Positions 35,671-46,580 of a stretch of 49,347 bases of DNA are shown one piece after another. The stretch spans positions 1 to 49,347 of the forward strand of contig CAJBTU010000425.1 of NCBI GenBank assembly GCA_903958625.1, in the 5' to 3' direction. The DNA is from an uncultured Ignavibacteriota bacterium. Lineage in GTDB: Bacteria > Bacteroidota > Ignavibacteria > UBA10030 > UBA8401. The notes beneath the pieces were generated by a model. The model saw nothing but the letters and a program-made list of their open reading frames with translations, did no database searches and had not been told where the DNA came from. A program made the translations under genes and the position numbers. How positions within the stretch are numbered: the first letter of the stretch is position 1; every line of letters starts with the position of its first letter.

Positions 35671-36237
35671 TTAGTTGCGACAACGAATAATCTCTTGTTC
35701 TGTAACAATAAATGATACAGGAATATCGGTTTTTTCGACGGGAACCTCATGAATAAGCTGAAAATCATAGGCCAATGCGATCGTGGGCAGATGGAGATCT
35801 TGAAGGAATCGGTCGTAGATACCCGCTCCAAATCCCAATCTGTTCCCTTTTCTGTCCACGGCAAGCGCAGGTACCACAATAACCTGCAGTTCAGAAACCG
35901 GAACGGGCCGGCACATTTTCGGTTCAAGTATGCCGTAAGCGCCTCCGACAAGTTCGCTCAACGAGAATAGTTCCGAATGCTTCATTGTCTTGGTCGCTTT
36001 GTCGGCGATGGGAACAACAACGCGCTTCCGTTGTTTCACCAGCACACGGATCAGTTCGTGGGTATCGACTTCATGGTTCTTCGACGAAATATAGGTGTGA
36101 ACAACATCGGCCCGGAAGAAATCCGGCAGTGACAGCAATTGCTCCACGATCTGTTTTGAACGCTGCCGCACTTCGTCTTTGGAAAGCGCCTGGCGTTGTA
36201 ATTTTAATTCCTCACGTAACGCTGTTTTACTTATCAT
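35671..36237 (-). CDS. 5-formyltetrahydrofolate cyclo-ligase
   Basis: KTALR, VVPALAVDRKGNRLGFGAGIYDRFL, VPVEKTDIPV. Confidence 0.9.
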   Translation of the reverse strand: MISKTALREELKLQRQALSKDEVRQRSKQIVEQLLSLPDFFRADVVHTYISSKNHEVDTHELIRVLVKQRKRVVVPIADKATKTMKHSELFSLSELVGGAYGILEPKMCRPVPVSELQVIVVPALAVDRKGNRLGFGAGIYDRFLQDLHLPTIALAYDFQLIHEVPVEKTDIPVSFIVTEQEIIRCRN

Positions 36238-36326
36238 AGAACACAGACAAAAATTCTTTCATAAATAAAAAGTCCCGCTCAACGAGTCATAGACCGCGGC
36301 GGGACGGACTGTACTTTTCAATCAAC

Positions 36327-36887
36327 CTACACTTCCATAATTTCTTTTTCTTTTATTGCCAGAAGATTATCGATTTCTTTAATGTATTTGTCGGTATACT
36401 TCTGAACTTCTTGTTCACCGCGTTTACGGTCGTCCTCCGAGAAATGTTCTTCTTTTTCGGATTTCTTCAATTGTTCATTCTCATCGCGGCGTACATTACG
36501 GACGGCGACCTTCCCTTCTTCTCCGAATTTTTTCACCAGTTTTACCAGTTCCCTGCGCCGTTCTTCATTCAGCATCGGAATCGGAACCCGGACGATCTTT
36601 CCGTCAACACTCGGATTCAATCCAAGATTCGAAGCGATGATTCCTTTTTCGATATGCTGCAGCATCCCCTGATCCCACGGTGTCACAGCAAGCATATGGG
36701 CGTCCACAACACTGACCGATCCGACTTGATTGATCGGCATCATTGTACCATACGCATCAACTTTTACCGTATCCAGCAGAGCGGTTGTCGCCTTGCCGGT
36801 CCGGATCTTTACCAACTCATGCCGTACGCTTTCCACAGCTTTTTGCATTCGCGTATCGCAATTTTTCAGTATCTCTTTTAACTGCAT
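36327..36887 (-). CDS. frr: Ribosome recycling factor
   Basis: IRTGKA, IPMLNEERRRELVK, VRNVRRD, KEKEIMEV. Confidence 0.97.
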   Translation of the reverse strand: MQLKEILKNCDTRMQKAVESVRHELVKIRTGKATTALLDTVKVDAYGTMMPINQVGSVSVVDAHMLAVTPWDQGMLQHIEKGIIASNLGLNPSVDGKIVRVPIPMLNEERRRELVKLVKKFGEEGKVAVRNVRRDENEQLKKSEKEEHFSEDDRKRGEQEVQKYTDKYIKEIDNLLAIKEKEIMEV

Positions 36888-36909
36888 AAAGCACCTCCGA
36901 TGTTTAATG

Positions 36910-37644
36910 TTATGACAACGATGGAGCAGATTCCATCACTTTTGTGCCTACGTTCTCTCCAATGATGAGTTTCAGGAGATTATCCGTGATGTTCATATTG
37001 AAAACTCCTATCGGCAATTTATTCTCTTTGCAGAGAGTAATTGCCGTCATATCCATCACTTTAAGATTCCTTTTGAACACATCATCGTAATTGATCAGTG
37101 TAAATTGCTTCGCCTGCGGATTCTTTTCCGGATCGGAATCATAGATGCCATCCACACGCGTCCCTTTGATGATGATATCCGCCTCTATTTCAATTCCACG
37201 AAGCACGGCGGCCGTATCGGTAGTAAAATACGGATTTCCTGTCCCTGCTGCAAAAATTACGATACGATTTTTTTCCAGGTGCCGAACGGCTTTACGTCGG
37301 ATATACGGCTCGGCAATTCGGGCCATATCTATGGCTGTCTGGCAGCGTGTGTACATACCATGGTGTTCCAGCGTGTTTTGCAGCGCCAGGGCATTGATCA
37401 CCGTTGCCAGCATACCCATATGATCGCCGGTCACTTTATCGATGCCGTCGGACGAGTTCTCGATTCCGCGGTAGATATTTCCCCCGCCGATCACAATGCC
37501 GATCTGCACTCCAAGGCTGTGGATCTTTTTAATTTCTTCCGCATACTGTCCCAGGATCTTGGAGTCGATGCCGAATTCCAGATCGCCCATTAATGCTTCA
37601 CCGCTCAACTTAAGAAGTATCCTTTTATATTTTGGCACTGCCAT
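36910..37644 (-). CDS. pyrH: UMP kinase
   Basis: [35 protein letters not shown]. Confidence 0.97.
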   Translation of the reverse strand: MAVPKYKRILLKLSGEALMGDLEFGIDSKILGQYAEEIKKIHSLGVQIGIVIGGGNIYRGIENSSDGIDKVTGDHMGMLATVINALALQNTLEHHGMYTRCQTAIDMARIAEPYIRRKAVRHLEKNRIVIFAAGTGNPYFTTDTAAVLRGIEIEADIIIKGTRVDGIYDSDPEKNPQAKQFTLINYDDVFKRNLKVMDMTAITLCKENKLPIGVFNMNITDNLLKLIIGENVGTKVMESAPSLS

Positions 37645-37692
37645 ATGTCTCCCCCAATAAAAAGAAAGGTCTCAAATGAGACCTTTCAGATA

Positions 37693-38535
37693 TTAATTCA
37701 TCGATTCGCCAAGTTGAAATCTCTTGAACTGTTTCACGGTGACATTCGGAGAAAGGAGGTCTTTTACCGCCTTTCCGGCGTCTTTAATGAAACTTTGTTC
37801 AAGAAGAACAACTTCCTGATAATATTTTTCCAGGCGTCCATTCGCAATCTTCTCAGCGATTTGTTCCGGTTTCCCCTCGTTCTTCGCTTGAGTGCGGTAG
37901 ATCTCAATTTCCTTCGCAATCAATTCTTTGGAGACATGCTCTCTGGAAACCACGATCGGACTCATCGCTGCAATTTGCATGGCTATATCGCGAGCCAGCG
38001 TTTTGTTCGCAGGATTCATCTCGGCACCAAGTTCAACGATGACACCTAATTTTGCTCCCATATGAATATATTGCTGCAGGAATCCGGCGTCGGTGTTCAG
38101 ATCGAAGATGCGTCGGATTTCCAATTTTTCGCCGACCTTGCCGATCAAATCTGAAAGTGCCACCGCAACGGTTTTTGCACCGGGATGCGGCATTGCGAGC
38201 AGCTCCTCAACCGTCTTCGGAGATTTTTCGAAAACGATCTGGGCAATGGATTGTGCAAACGACGTAAAATCTTCGCCGCGTGCAACAAAATCCGTTTCAC
38301 AATTCACTTCAACAAGAATTCCGTGTTTACCGTCTTCAGAAATTCTTGCAACGATCGTGCCCTCATTGGCTGCTTTATCGGCTCTTTTCGCCGCCGTTGC
38401 CGCACCCTTTTTACGAAGCACTTCTATCGCCGTTTCCAGATTTCCATTGGATTCATCGAGCGCTTTTTTACAATCCATCATCCCTGCGCCGGTCTTTTCG
38501 CGCAGTTGTTTTACCATTTCACTAGTGACTGCCAT
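37693..38535 (-). CDS. tsf: Elongation factor Ts
   Basis: LREKTGAGMMDCKKAL, VNCETDFVA, AMQIAAM. Confidence 0.97.
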   Translation of the reverse strand: MAVTSEMVKQLREKTGAGMMDCKKALDESNGNLETAIEVLRKKGAATAAKRADKAANEGTIVARISEDGKHGILVEVNCETDFVARGEDFTSFAQSIAQIVFEKSPKTVEELLAMPHPGAKTVAVALSDLIGKVGEKLEIRRIFDLNTDAGFLQQYIHMGAKLGVIVELGAEMNPANKTLARDIAMQIAAMSPIVVSREHVSKELIAKEIEIYRTQAKNEGKPEQIAEKIANGRLEKYYQEVVLLEQSFIKDAGKAVKDLLSPNVTVKQFKRFQLGESMN

Positions 38536-38537
38536 AA

Positions 38538-39332
38538 TTATGCTTTGTCCGTTTCTTGTTGTGGTCGTCGGGGTCGTCGTTCACGACGATCGTGTTTATC
38601 ATTCTTTTCTTGTTTTTCCGCTTCCTCTGATTCCGGTGCGGTCTCAACCTTACGTGCGTTTCCTTCTACGATCGCATCAGTGATCACGCGCGCGATCAAT
38701 TGGATCGATTTTAACGCATCGTCGTTCGCCGGAATGATATAATCAATTCCATCGGTATCGCAGTTTGTATCGACCATCGCAAACACCGGTATGCCAAGAC
38801 GATTGGCTTCCTGAACAGCGATCGTTTCTTTTTTCACGTCAACGATGAATAATGCGCCCGGAAGGCGTGTCATATCAACGATGCCGGAAAGTGATTTTTG
38901 CAGTTTTTCTTTTTCGCGTGAAAGGAACAGAGTTTCTTTTTTTGTGATCTTTTCAAACGTTCCGTCTGTCTCCATCTTTTCGATGTTCGTCAGCCGTTTT
39001 ACGCTCTTACGGATGGTTGTAAAATTCGTCAACATTCCGCCGAGCCAGCGATCGGTTGCATAGTACTGATGACCGCGTACTGCTTCCGCCTGAATAACTT
39101 CCTTGGCTTGTTTTTTTGTACCGACGAAAAGCACTTTCTTTCCTTCAGCAACGACATTGGAAATGGCAGTCGCCGCTTCTTCGAGAAGAGTCTGTGTTTT
39201 CTTAAGATCGAAAATGTGGATGCCGTTCCGCTCCATAAAAATATATGGACGCATTTTTGGATTCCAACGGCGGGTAAGGTGACCGAAGTGGGCACCGGCA
39301 GAGAGTAATTCCGCGAGTTCTACACGAGGCAT
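38538..39332 (-). CDS. rpsB: 30S ribosomal protein S2
   Basis: [36 protein letters not shown]; start reassigned to ATG 39332. Confidence 0.97.
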   Translation of the reverse strand: MPRVELAELLSAGAHFGHLTRRWNPKMRPYIFMERNGIHIFDLKKTQTLLEEAATAISNVVAEGKKVLFVGTKKQAKEVIQAEAVRGHQYYATDRWLGGMLTNFTTIRKSVKRLTNIEKMETDGTFEKITKKETLFLSREKEKLQKSLSGIVDMTRLPGALFIVDVKKETIAVQEANRLGIPVFAMVDTNCDTDGIDYIIPANDDALKSIQLIARVITDAIVEGNARKVETAPESEEAEKQEKNDKHDRRERRPRRPQQETDKA

Positions 39333-39362
39333 AGTGTTCCTTTTATTTGGTTTGTGTTCTTC

Positions 39363-39425
39363 TACTTCTTTCATCTTGATGCAGAGTTCCGCAGTGCGAA
39401 ACACCGCTGCATCAATCCGGAAGTA
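39363..39425 (-). promoter_or_regulatory. Structured rpsB 5' leader (candidate S2 autoregulatory RNA)
   Basis: Outer TACTTC/GAAGTA and inner TTGATGCAG/CTGCATCAA stems just upstream of rpsB. Confidence 0.5.
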
Positions 39426-39445
39426 TGTTTGATTTAGTGAAACTT

Positions 39446-39477
39446 AATCTCCCGGTATCGAAGAATATCGGGAGATT
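39446..39477 (-). terminator. Hairpin downstream of rpsI
   Basis: AATCTCCCG...CGGGAGATT; weak U-tract. Confidence 0.45.
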
Positions 39478-39488
39478 GGTACAACATT

Positions 39489-39878
39489 TTAACGTTTGGA
39501 GAACTGGAATCTCTTACGTGCTTTTTTCTGACCGTATTTTTTACGTTCGACCATACGGGGATCACGGGTCATAAGACCATTCTTGCGCAGCACCGGACGA
39601 TTCTCTTCGCTGATCTCTACCAATGCACGAGCAACACCGAGGATCACTGCGCCAGCCTGACCTGATGGTCCGCCCCCTTCTACATTCACATTCACATCAT
39701 ACTTCCCAAGCGTGTCCGTTATCGAGAACGCTTTGGTGATTGAGTTACGATGTGTTTCGAGCGGGAAATAATTTTCAAATTCACGGTCATTGACAGTGAT
39801 TTTTCCTGAGCCGTTCTTTAAGAACACACGGGCTACCGAAGTTTTGCGGCGACCGACTGCGTTGATCATTTGCTGCAT
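39489..39878 (-). CDS. rpsI: 30S ribosomal protein S9
   Basis: [39 protein letters not shown]. Confidence 0.98.
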   Translation of the reverse strand: MQQMINAVGRRKTSVARVFLKNGSGKITVNDREFENYFPLETHRNSITKAFSITDTLGKYDVNVNVEGGGPSGQAGAVILGVARALVEISEENRPVLRKNGLMTRDPRMVERKKYGQKKARKRFQFSKR

Positions 39879-39889
39879 GGAGGTCCTTC

Positions 39890-40336
39890 TTAATTGAATT
39901 CGATGATTTCTGGTTTTTGTGCGGCATGCGGATGTTCCGTGCCGGCATACACTTTTAATTTTTTGATGATCTGACGTCCGAGTTTCGTATGCGGTATCAT
40001 ACCTTTCACGGCATGTTCAATGATACGTTCCGGATGATTCTTCAGCACATCTTTAAACTGCTGGAACACTGCTCCGCCGGGATATCCTGTGTAATGGAAA
40101 TATTCTTTCAACTCTGTCCGTTTTCCAGTCACCTTCACTTTGTCAGCATTCACCACGATGACAAAATCGCCCATATCTGAATTGGGTGTGAACTGCGGTT
40201 TATGTTTTCCGCGCAGAATGTGTGCAACGCGTGAAGCGATCCGGCCCAATGTTTTTCCATTGGCGTCAACAACAAACCATTTTTGCGGAATATCGCCTTC
40301 TCTAAAAAATGTAGTACTCTTATCAACAAAAGCCAC
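39890..40336 (-). CDS. rplM: 50S ribosomal protein L13
   Basis: [38 protein letters not shown]. Confidence 0.98.
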   Translation of the reverse strand: MAFVDKSTTFFREGDIPQKWFVVDANGKTLGRIASRVAHILRGKHKPQFTPNSDMGDFVIVVNADKVKVTGKRTELKEYFHYTGYPGGAVFQQFKDVLKNHPERIIEHAVKGMIPHTKLGRQIIKKLKVYAGTEHPHAAQKPEIIEFN

Positions 40337-40378
40337 GTTTATCTCTCCTAAAAAATTATGCCTGAATTATAGGGAATA

Positions 40379-40407
40379 AATATATGCTTTTTCCGAGGAA
40401 AAATCAA
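40379..40407 (-). promoter_or_regulatory. Sigma70-type promoter of rplM
   Basis: TTGATT-N17-TATATT. Confidence 0.55.
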
Positions 40408-40500
40408 TAGTTATCCAAAACAAAGTTCATCCCGGAGTATTGCTTGCATTTCATTGATCACATCGTTACTTTTTTGCAGATTAATAGAAATGGAGACCGT

Positions 40501-41958
40501 ATGAACGCAACAACATTATCGAATTATATTGCAGGAACATGGCAAAATGGCAAGGGCGGCAAGACATTACCCGTTGAAAACCCATCCACAGGCGAAGTTA
40601 TTGCCTATGTCCCTCTTTCGGGAGCACATGATGTTGATGCAGCCGTGAGCGCAGCGGATAAGGCCCTCTCCGGTTGGTCATCTACACCGATTAAAGAACG
40701 GGTTCAGATCTTCTTCCGGTACCGGACATTGCTGGAAAAACATTCTCAGGAACTGGCCGAACTCATTCATAAAGAAAATGGAAAAATTCTCGGTGAAGCA
40801 ATGGCAGAGATTGAAAAAAGTATTGAGTTGACGGAGTTTGCCTGTTCAATGCCGCAACTGGTATCCGGTGAGATTCTTGAAGTGAGCCGCGGTGTTGAGT
40901 GCCGCATCGACCGTTATCCTGTCGGAGTCGTTGCATGCATCACGCCGTTCAATTTCCCCGCGATGGTGCCGAATTGGACAATACCGAATGCGCTCGTTCT
41001 TGGAAATACAATGGTGCTGAAACCTTCCGAACTTGTTCCTTTGAGTTCGTGCAGATTAGCCGAACTGTTGAAAGAAGCAGGACTGCCGGACGGAGTATTC
41101 AATATTGTTCATGGCGGACAAGAAACTGTCGAAGCGCTTTGCGATCACCCGGGAATTCATGCCGTCACATTCGTCGGATCTACGAAAGTTGCCAAGATCG
41201 TTTATCAGCGCTCAACAAACAAATTGAAAAGAGCATTGTGTCTTGGCGGAGCAAAGAATCATCTTATCGTTATGCCGGACGCGCACGAAGAGATGACCGC
41301 ATCGAATGTTGCAGCGTCGATGAGCGGATGTGCAGGACAACGTTGCATGGCTGCGTCAGCTATGGTGGCTGTCGGATCCGTAGACCACATCATCGCAAAA
41401 CTGGTGGAAGAATCGAAGAAGATCATCCCCGGAAATAATCTTGGCGCAGTAATCTCAAAAGCTGCAAAAGAAAGAATCGAGCGTTATATCACAGAAGCTG
41501 AACAACAAGGAGCAACGATACTTCTTGACGGACGCGGAGTAAAAGTTGCGGGAAAAGAAAACGGATATTATGTTGGTCCTACGGTGATCGATAATGTAAC
41601 GCCGGAGATGAAAATTGCAAAGGAAGAAGTGTTCGGACCCGTGCTTTCCATTATGCGCGCGAATGACGTTGATGAAGCATTGAAAATTGAGAATGCAAAT
41701 CCGTACGGAAATGCCGCATCGGTCTTTACGCAAAGCGGCGGGATCGCGCGGTATGTTGCAGAGCATGCCAGTGCTGGAATGATCGGTGTGAATATCGGAG
41801 TTCCCGTTCCCCGTGAGCCGTTCTCATTCGGCGGATGGAATGAATCAAAATTCGGTTCCGGAGACATCACCGGAAAAAGTTCGATCGAGTTCTTTACTAA
41901 ACCGAAAAAAACTACGACCAAATGGAACGCCGAAGCGAGAAAGAACTGGATGAGTTGA
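40501..41958 (+). CDS. mmsA: CoA-acylating (methyl)malonate-semialdehyde dehydrogenase
   Basis: ITPFNFPAMVP, FVGST, GGAKNH, GCAGQRCMA (catalytic C), EEVFGP, GVNIGVPVP; start at ATG 40501. Confidence 0.92.
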   Translation: MNATTLSNYIAGTWQNGKGGKTLPVENPSTGEVIAYVPLSGAHDVDAAVSAADKALSGWSSTPIKERVQIFFRYRTLLEKHSQELAELIHKENGKILGEAMAEIEKSIELTEFACSMPQLVSGEILEVSRGVECRIDRYPVGVVACITPFNFPAMVPNWTIPNALVLGNTMVLKPSELVPLSSCRLAELLKEAGLPDGVFNIVHGGQETVEALCDHPGIHAVTFVGSTKVAKIVYQRSTNKLKRALCLGGAKNHLIVMPDAHEEMTASNVAASMSGCAGQRCMAASAMVAVGSVDHIIAKLVEESKKIIPGNNLGAVISKAAKERIERYITEAEQQGATILLDGRGVKVAGKENGYYVGPTVIDNVTPEMKIAKEEVFGPVLSIMRANDVDEALKIENANPYGNAASVFTQSGGIARYVAEHASAGMIGVNIGVPVPREPFSFGGWNESKFGSGDITGKSSIEFFTKPKKTTTKWNAEARKNWMS

Positions 41959-42035
41959 ATGAATAAGATAATCTAATTCTATCTCGATATCAGTTGGCGG
42001 CATCCAAACCGTACATCCGGAATGGTTATAGCTTC

Positions 42036-43547
42036 TTATCTCTGCACAGAGCTGTTGAACAATTTCACTTTCATCATTCCGACATAGACAAGAAACGCTG
42101 CAATAAATCCCACAAACCATGCATAGCTATAGAGATGCATGAAGAACGAACCAACCATTGCCGGATCGATCACAGAAATTGTTCCAAGAAAACCGGGAAT
42201 ATTTGGAATAACTCCTACGATGAGAGCAACAACTGCCGCGCTATTAAATCCCTTAGTATACGTATATTCACCGTTCGTACGGTAAAGATCCTGAACGTTC
42301 AGATTTGTCTTCCGGACAACAAAATAATCAGCGATCAATATTCCGCCTATCGGTCCGAGCAGCGCTGAATAACCGACAAGCCAGGTAAAGATGTAGCCGC
42401 TCGGATCAGCGACAAGTTTCCACGGCTGGATCAGGATACCAATTATGCCAGTGATCAATCCGCCGATCCGAAACGTGATCTTCGATGGCCAAATGTTGGA
42501 AAAATCGTTTGCCGGACTTACAACATTTGCAGCAAGATTCGTTGCTAATGTTGCGAGGCAGAGTGCGAACAAGGAAACTGCAAGGACGATGGGATTGGTG
42601 AACTTGGTTATCAAAATAACCGGATCCCATATCGGAAATCCGCCGAAGATAACGATGGTTGCCGATGTTACTGCAACACCGATAAATGCATACAATCCCA
42701 TTGTCAACGGCAAGCCAAGTAATTGTCCGAGCATTTGACTCCGTTGCGTCTTTGAATACCGTGTGAAGTCAGGAATATTGAGTGATAAAGTTGCCCAAAA
42801 ACCGATCATACCGGTAAGCGAAGGAAAAAATACCATCCAAAATTGTCCTTCTTTGATTCCGCCTGGTGCAAACTGCGACGGCTGCGAAAGCATCGGACCG
42901 AATCCGCCGGCCTGCTGATACGCCCACCCGAGCAATACTAATCCAAGAACAATTAATAGAGGTGCTTTGATATCCAAAAGAAAACGTATGGAATCGATTC
43001 CCTTATAAATAACAAACATGTTGATGCTCCAAAAAAAGATAAAGCATCCGAACTGTGCTATGTTGATTCCGGCAGACCAAACAGGTAATGCATCCCACGC
43101 AGGGATGGAAATTGTAATAATTTTGTAGATGGCCCAGCCGCCGATCCACGTTTGGATTCCGAACCAACCGCAGGCAACAAACGCTCGCAGAAGTGCAGGA
43201 ATATTCGCACCATGAACGCCGAACGATGCGCGGCAATAAACGGGAAATGGAATTCCATATTTTGTTCCGGCATGTGCGTTGAGGATCATCGGAACCAGGA
43301 CAATAAGATTTCCGAGAAATACCGTTATCACCGCTTGGTACCAATTCATTCCTTCAGCGATCAATCCAGACGCAAGCATATAGGTTGGAATACAGGCCGA
43401 CATTGATATCCACAGTGCGGCTATGTTATACGTCCCCCATTTCCGTTCTGCCTTCGTCGTCGGAGCCAGATCGTGATTGAGAAGCGGACTGTTCCCGACT
43501 GATATCAGATCAGTCTCGACGATTTCTGCTGAAAAAAGTGTTTTCAT
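42036..43547 (-). CDS. NCS1 nucleobase:cation symporter
   Basis: GTKYGIPFPV, CGWFGIQTWIGG, WATLSLNIPDFTRY, NLAANVVSPAND. Confidence 0.92.
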   Translation of the reverse strand: MKTLFSAEIVETDLISVGNSPLLNHDLAPTTKAERKWGTYNIAALWISMSACIPTYMLASGLIAEGMNWYQAVITVFLGNLIVLVPMILNAHAGTKYGIPFPVYCRASFGVHGANIPALLRAFVACGWFGIQTWIGGWAIYKIITISIPAWDALPVWSAGINIAQFGCFIFFWSINMFVIYKGIDSIRFLLDIKAPLLIVLGLVLLGWAYQQAGGFGPMLSQPSQFAPGGIKEGQFWMVFFPSLTGMIGFWATLSLNIPDFTRYSKTQRSQMLGQLLGLPLTMGLYAFIGVAVTSATIVIFGGFPIWDPVILITKFTNPIVLAVSLFALCLATLATNLAANVVSPANDFSNIWPSKITFRIGGLITGIIGILIQPWKLVADPSGYIFTWLVGYSALLGPIGGILIADYFVVRKTNLNVQDLYRTNGEYTYTKGFNSAAVVALIVGVIPNIPGFLGTISVIDPAMVGSFFMHLYSYAWFVGFIAAFLVYVGMMKVKLFNSSVQR

Positions 43548-43727
43548 AGATCCGTTTATATTGTGGCTGAAAAAATGATATTCGATGTCCTCGATTTTAT
43601 CGTTTGGTCAAAAATATTTCCCAGTGCTTTATTCGCGGCGAAATAAATATGCCGTGTATCGATGAAAAAGATATACACGGCACAAGTACAGTTTCAATTA
43701 ATTAAAGTTGTTGTTTCCCAAATATTG

Positions 43728-43779
43728 AGATGCTTCGACGCGTCCCGATTGTAAAACATCGGGACTTGCTCAGCATGAC
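43728..43779. repeat. REP-like palindromic element
   Basis: AGATGCTTCGAC-GC-[GTCCCGAT-8nt-ATCGGGAC]-TT-GCTCAGCATGAC. Confidence 0.75.
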
Positions 43780-43855
43780 TTATCTTATTTAATTTTAAAA
43801 TCTTATTATATTGAAACGGCACTAGTAATTAGCGGATAAAAATGACCCATGAAAC

Positions 43856-45238
43856 CTAAATCATTCCATTGACTTTGTTTCGTTTTACAAATTTTCCATA
43901 TCCGGGTTTCACGTTGATTTGGTTGTTCTCAACCGCAACCTGACCGCGCATCAATACTGATTTCACCTTTCCTTTTATCTTCCATCCTTCGTATCCGGAA
44001 TAGTCCACATTCATGTGATGCGTCTTGGCCGACAGCGTATGCTCTTCGTTCGGATCGACAATGATGATATCCGCGTCTGAACCAACAGTCACACATCCTT
44101 TTTTCGGGAACATACCGAAGATCTTGGCAGCATTGGTTGACGTAACCTCAACGAATTTATTGAGGGATATCCGTCCCTTATTTACACCTTCTGAAAAGAG
44201 CAATTCCATTCTGCTCTCAATACCGGGAGCACCGTTCGGGATCTTGGAGAAATCATCTTTGCCCATCAACTTTTGTTCCCATGTGAACGGACAATGATCC
44301 GTGGCGACGACCTGTACTGTTCCCTGATTGAGTGCACCCCATAATGCTTCCTGATCTTTTTTCTGGCGAAGCGGCGGAGACATCACCCATTTTGCTCCTT
44401 CAAAGTTCTGTTCGTAGAGCGATGCGTCGAGAATCAGATATTGGATGCAAGTTTCACCGTACACTTTTTGGTTTCGCTGCGCAACACGGCGCACCTGATT
44501 AATTGCACCTTCACACGTCATATGAACGATGTATGACGGAACTCCTGTGTAGTACGCCATATCGGAAAAGCGTCCGGATGCTTCTGATTCTGTAATCTCA
44601 GGCTGGGAAAGATAGTGATAGACCGGCGCTAATTTCCCTTCCGCACGATGCTTGGCGACAAGAAAATCGATCACATCTCCATTCGTGGCATGCACTGTAA
44701 CCATGCCACCCTGTTTCTTCACTTCCTGCATCAGTCCTACCATTTGGCGATCGTCGATCATCAAGGCACCTTTGTAAGCCATAAAAGTCTTAAAAGAGGT
44801 GATCCCTTCTTCGTTCACCATTTTGGCAATTTCCGCTTTTGTACTTTCATTGAAATCAGTCACCGCCATATGGAATGAATAGTCGCACGCGGCTTTTCCG
44901 TTCGATCTTCCCTGCCACGCTTCAAGCGCGTTGTATAACGATTTGCCCTGGGTCTGCAGAACAAAGTCGATCACCATTGTTGTTCCGCCGAACAGTGCTG
45001 CGCTTGTACCTGTAGCGTAATTATCGCATGAGAATGTACCCATGAACGGCATGTCGAGATGAACATGCGGATCGATACCGCCGGGCATGACAAGTTTCCC
45101 TGTCGCATCAATGGTCTTATCCGCTTTTACCTGAAGATTTTTTCCAATGAGGGAAACAGTCTCTCCTTCTACGAAAATATCGGCTATAAAATCTTCATCT
45201 GCAGTGATGATTCTTCCATTTTTGATTAATACTGACAT
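43856..45238 (-). CDS. hydA: Dihydropyrimidinase
   Basis: PGGIDPHVH, SFKTFMAYK, VHATNG, IVHMT, ATDHCPF; start reassigned to ATG 45238. Confidence 0.93.
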   Translation of the reverse strand: MSVLIKNGRIITADEDFIADIFVEGETVSLIGKNLQVKADKTIDATGKLVMPGGIDPHVHLDMPFMGTFSCDNYATGTSAALFGGTTMVIDFVLQTQGKSLYNALEAWQGRSNGKAACDYSFHMAVTDFNESTKAEIAKMVNEEGITSFKTFMAYKGALMIDDRQMVGLMQEVKKQGGMVTVHATNGDVIDFLVAKHRAEGKLAPVYHYLSQPEITESEASGRFSDMAYYTGVPSYIVHMTCEGAINQVRRVAQRNQKVYGETCIQYLILDASLYEQNFEGAKWVMSPPLRQKKDQEALWGALNQGTVQVVATDHCPFTWEQKLMGKDDFSKIPNGAPGIESRMELLFSEGVNKGRISLNKFVEVTSTNAAKIFGMFPKKGCVTVGSDADIIIVDPNEEHTLSAKTHHMNVDYSGYEGWKIKGKVKSVLMRGQVAVENNQINVKPGYGKFVKRNKVNGMI

Positions 45239-45255
45239 AATGTGCTCCTGATTTT

Positions 45256-46566
45256 TTAATGAACGTCTATTCCGTGTTTGTGTTGGAATTTGCGAAGATC
45301 TTCTATCGATAGAGGCTGAGGAAGTTCTTTCACCAATTCGTTCCATGTTTTTGACTGAGCGCCGTTATCCTTTTGAACCATCGTGATACAATGATCAACC
45401 GGGCAGACGATGTAACACAAGCGGCAGCCGACACAATCCGGCTCACGAACGGTCGGCTGTTTCTTCCCTTTCTTCTGATGTAGATCGATGCACTGATGAG
45501 CGGTATCTTCACAGGCGATATAACAAAGATTGCAGTGGATGCATTTTTGTTCGTCAATGTGTGCAACATGTTTGGAAAGAAGGTTCATATCGCCGAAGTT
45601 TGCAATATTCGTCAATGCTTTTCCGCGGATCTGGTCCAGAGACGTATATCCTTTTTCTTCCATCCAATTGGTCGTTCCGTCGATCATATCCTCAACGATA
45701 CGGAATCCATAATGCATCACTGCCGTGCATACCTGAACACTTGTTGCGCCAAGCAAAATAAATTCAAGTGCATCTTTCCAGTTTGATATTCCCCCCATTG
45801 CAGAAATGGGCAAATTGATCTCCGGATCCCGTGCAATTTCGGAGACCATATTGAGCGCGATCGGCTTAATTGCCGGACCGGCATAACCGCCGTGTCCTCC
45901 TTTTCCTCCGCGAGACGGTTCAATTTGGAACGTATCAAGATCCACGCCGATGATCGTATTGATCGTATTGATGAGCGAGATCCCATTTGCTTTCCCTTTC
46001 TTTGCCGCGCGACCGGGGAAACGAATGTCCGTTACATTTGGAGTGAGTTTAACAAGAACCGGTATGGTAGAAACTTCCGTTACCCATTCTGTGATCATTG
46101 TGCAATATTCCGGAACTTGGCCGACGGCGGAACCCATGCCGCGTTCGCTCATCCCGTGCGGACAACCGTAATTCAACTCGATACCGTCAGCACCCGCATC
46201 AATCGTCCGTTTGACAATATCATGCCATATTTTCCGATCGGATTCTACCATCAACGAAGCAACGATCGCTCTGTCCGGCCATAATCTTTTCGTCTCGGCG
46301 ATCTCTTTCAAATTGATTTCGATTGATCGATCACTGATGAGTTCAATATTGTTCAGACCGATGATCTTCTGTCCGTTGAAATCAACAGCAGCATAGCGGT
46401 TGACAACATTCATCACCGGTGCGCCGATCGTTTTCCATACGGCACCGCCCCAACCTGCTTCGAATGCTTTGCAGATCTGATATCCTGAATTCGTCGGCGG
46501 TGCTGAGGCAAGCCAAAACGGATTGGGTGATTTTATTCCTGCACAGTTAATGCGTAAATCGACCAT
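45256..46566 (-). CDS. preA: NAD-dependent dihydropyrimidine dehydrogenase subunit PreA
   Basis: NPFWLASAPPT, ELNYGCPHGM, SLINT; C-terminal CIHCNLCYIAC and CVGCRLCYIVC ferredoxin motifs. Confidence 0.93.
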   Translation of the reverse strand: MVDLRINCAGIKSPNPFWLASAPPTNSGYQICKAFEAGWGGAVWKTIGAPVMNVVNRYAAVDFNGQKIIGLNNIELISDRSIEINLKEIAETKRLWPDRAIVASLMVESDRKIWHDIVKRTIDAGADGIELNYGCPHGMSERGMGSAVGQVPEYCTMITEWVTEVSTIPVLVKLTPNVTDIRFPGRAAKKGKANGISLINTINTIIGVDLDTFQIEPSRGGKGGHGGYAGPAIKPIALNMVSEIARDPEINLPISAMGGISNWKDALEFILLGATSVQVCTAVMHYGFRIVEDMIDGTTNWMEEKGYTSLDQIRGKALTNIANFGDMNLLSKHVAHIDEQKCIHCNLCYIACEDTAHQCIDLHQKKGKKQPTVREPDCVGCRLCYIVCPVDHCITMVQKDNGAQSKTWNELVKELPQPLSIEDLRKFQHKHGIDVH

Positions 46567-46580
46567 AGGTTCCTCAAAAA

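Noticed and set aside
36238-36326. 6S RNA upstream of the 5-formyl-THF cyclo-ligase gene, as in the ssrS-ygfA arrangement
   Set aside because: The gap is only about 90 nt and holds a terminator-like GTCCCGC/GCGGGAC hairpin; too short for 6S RNA.
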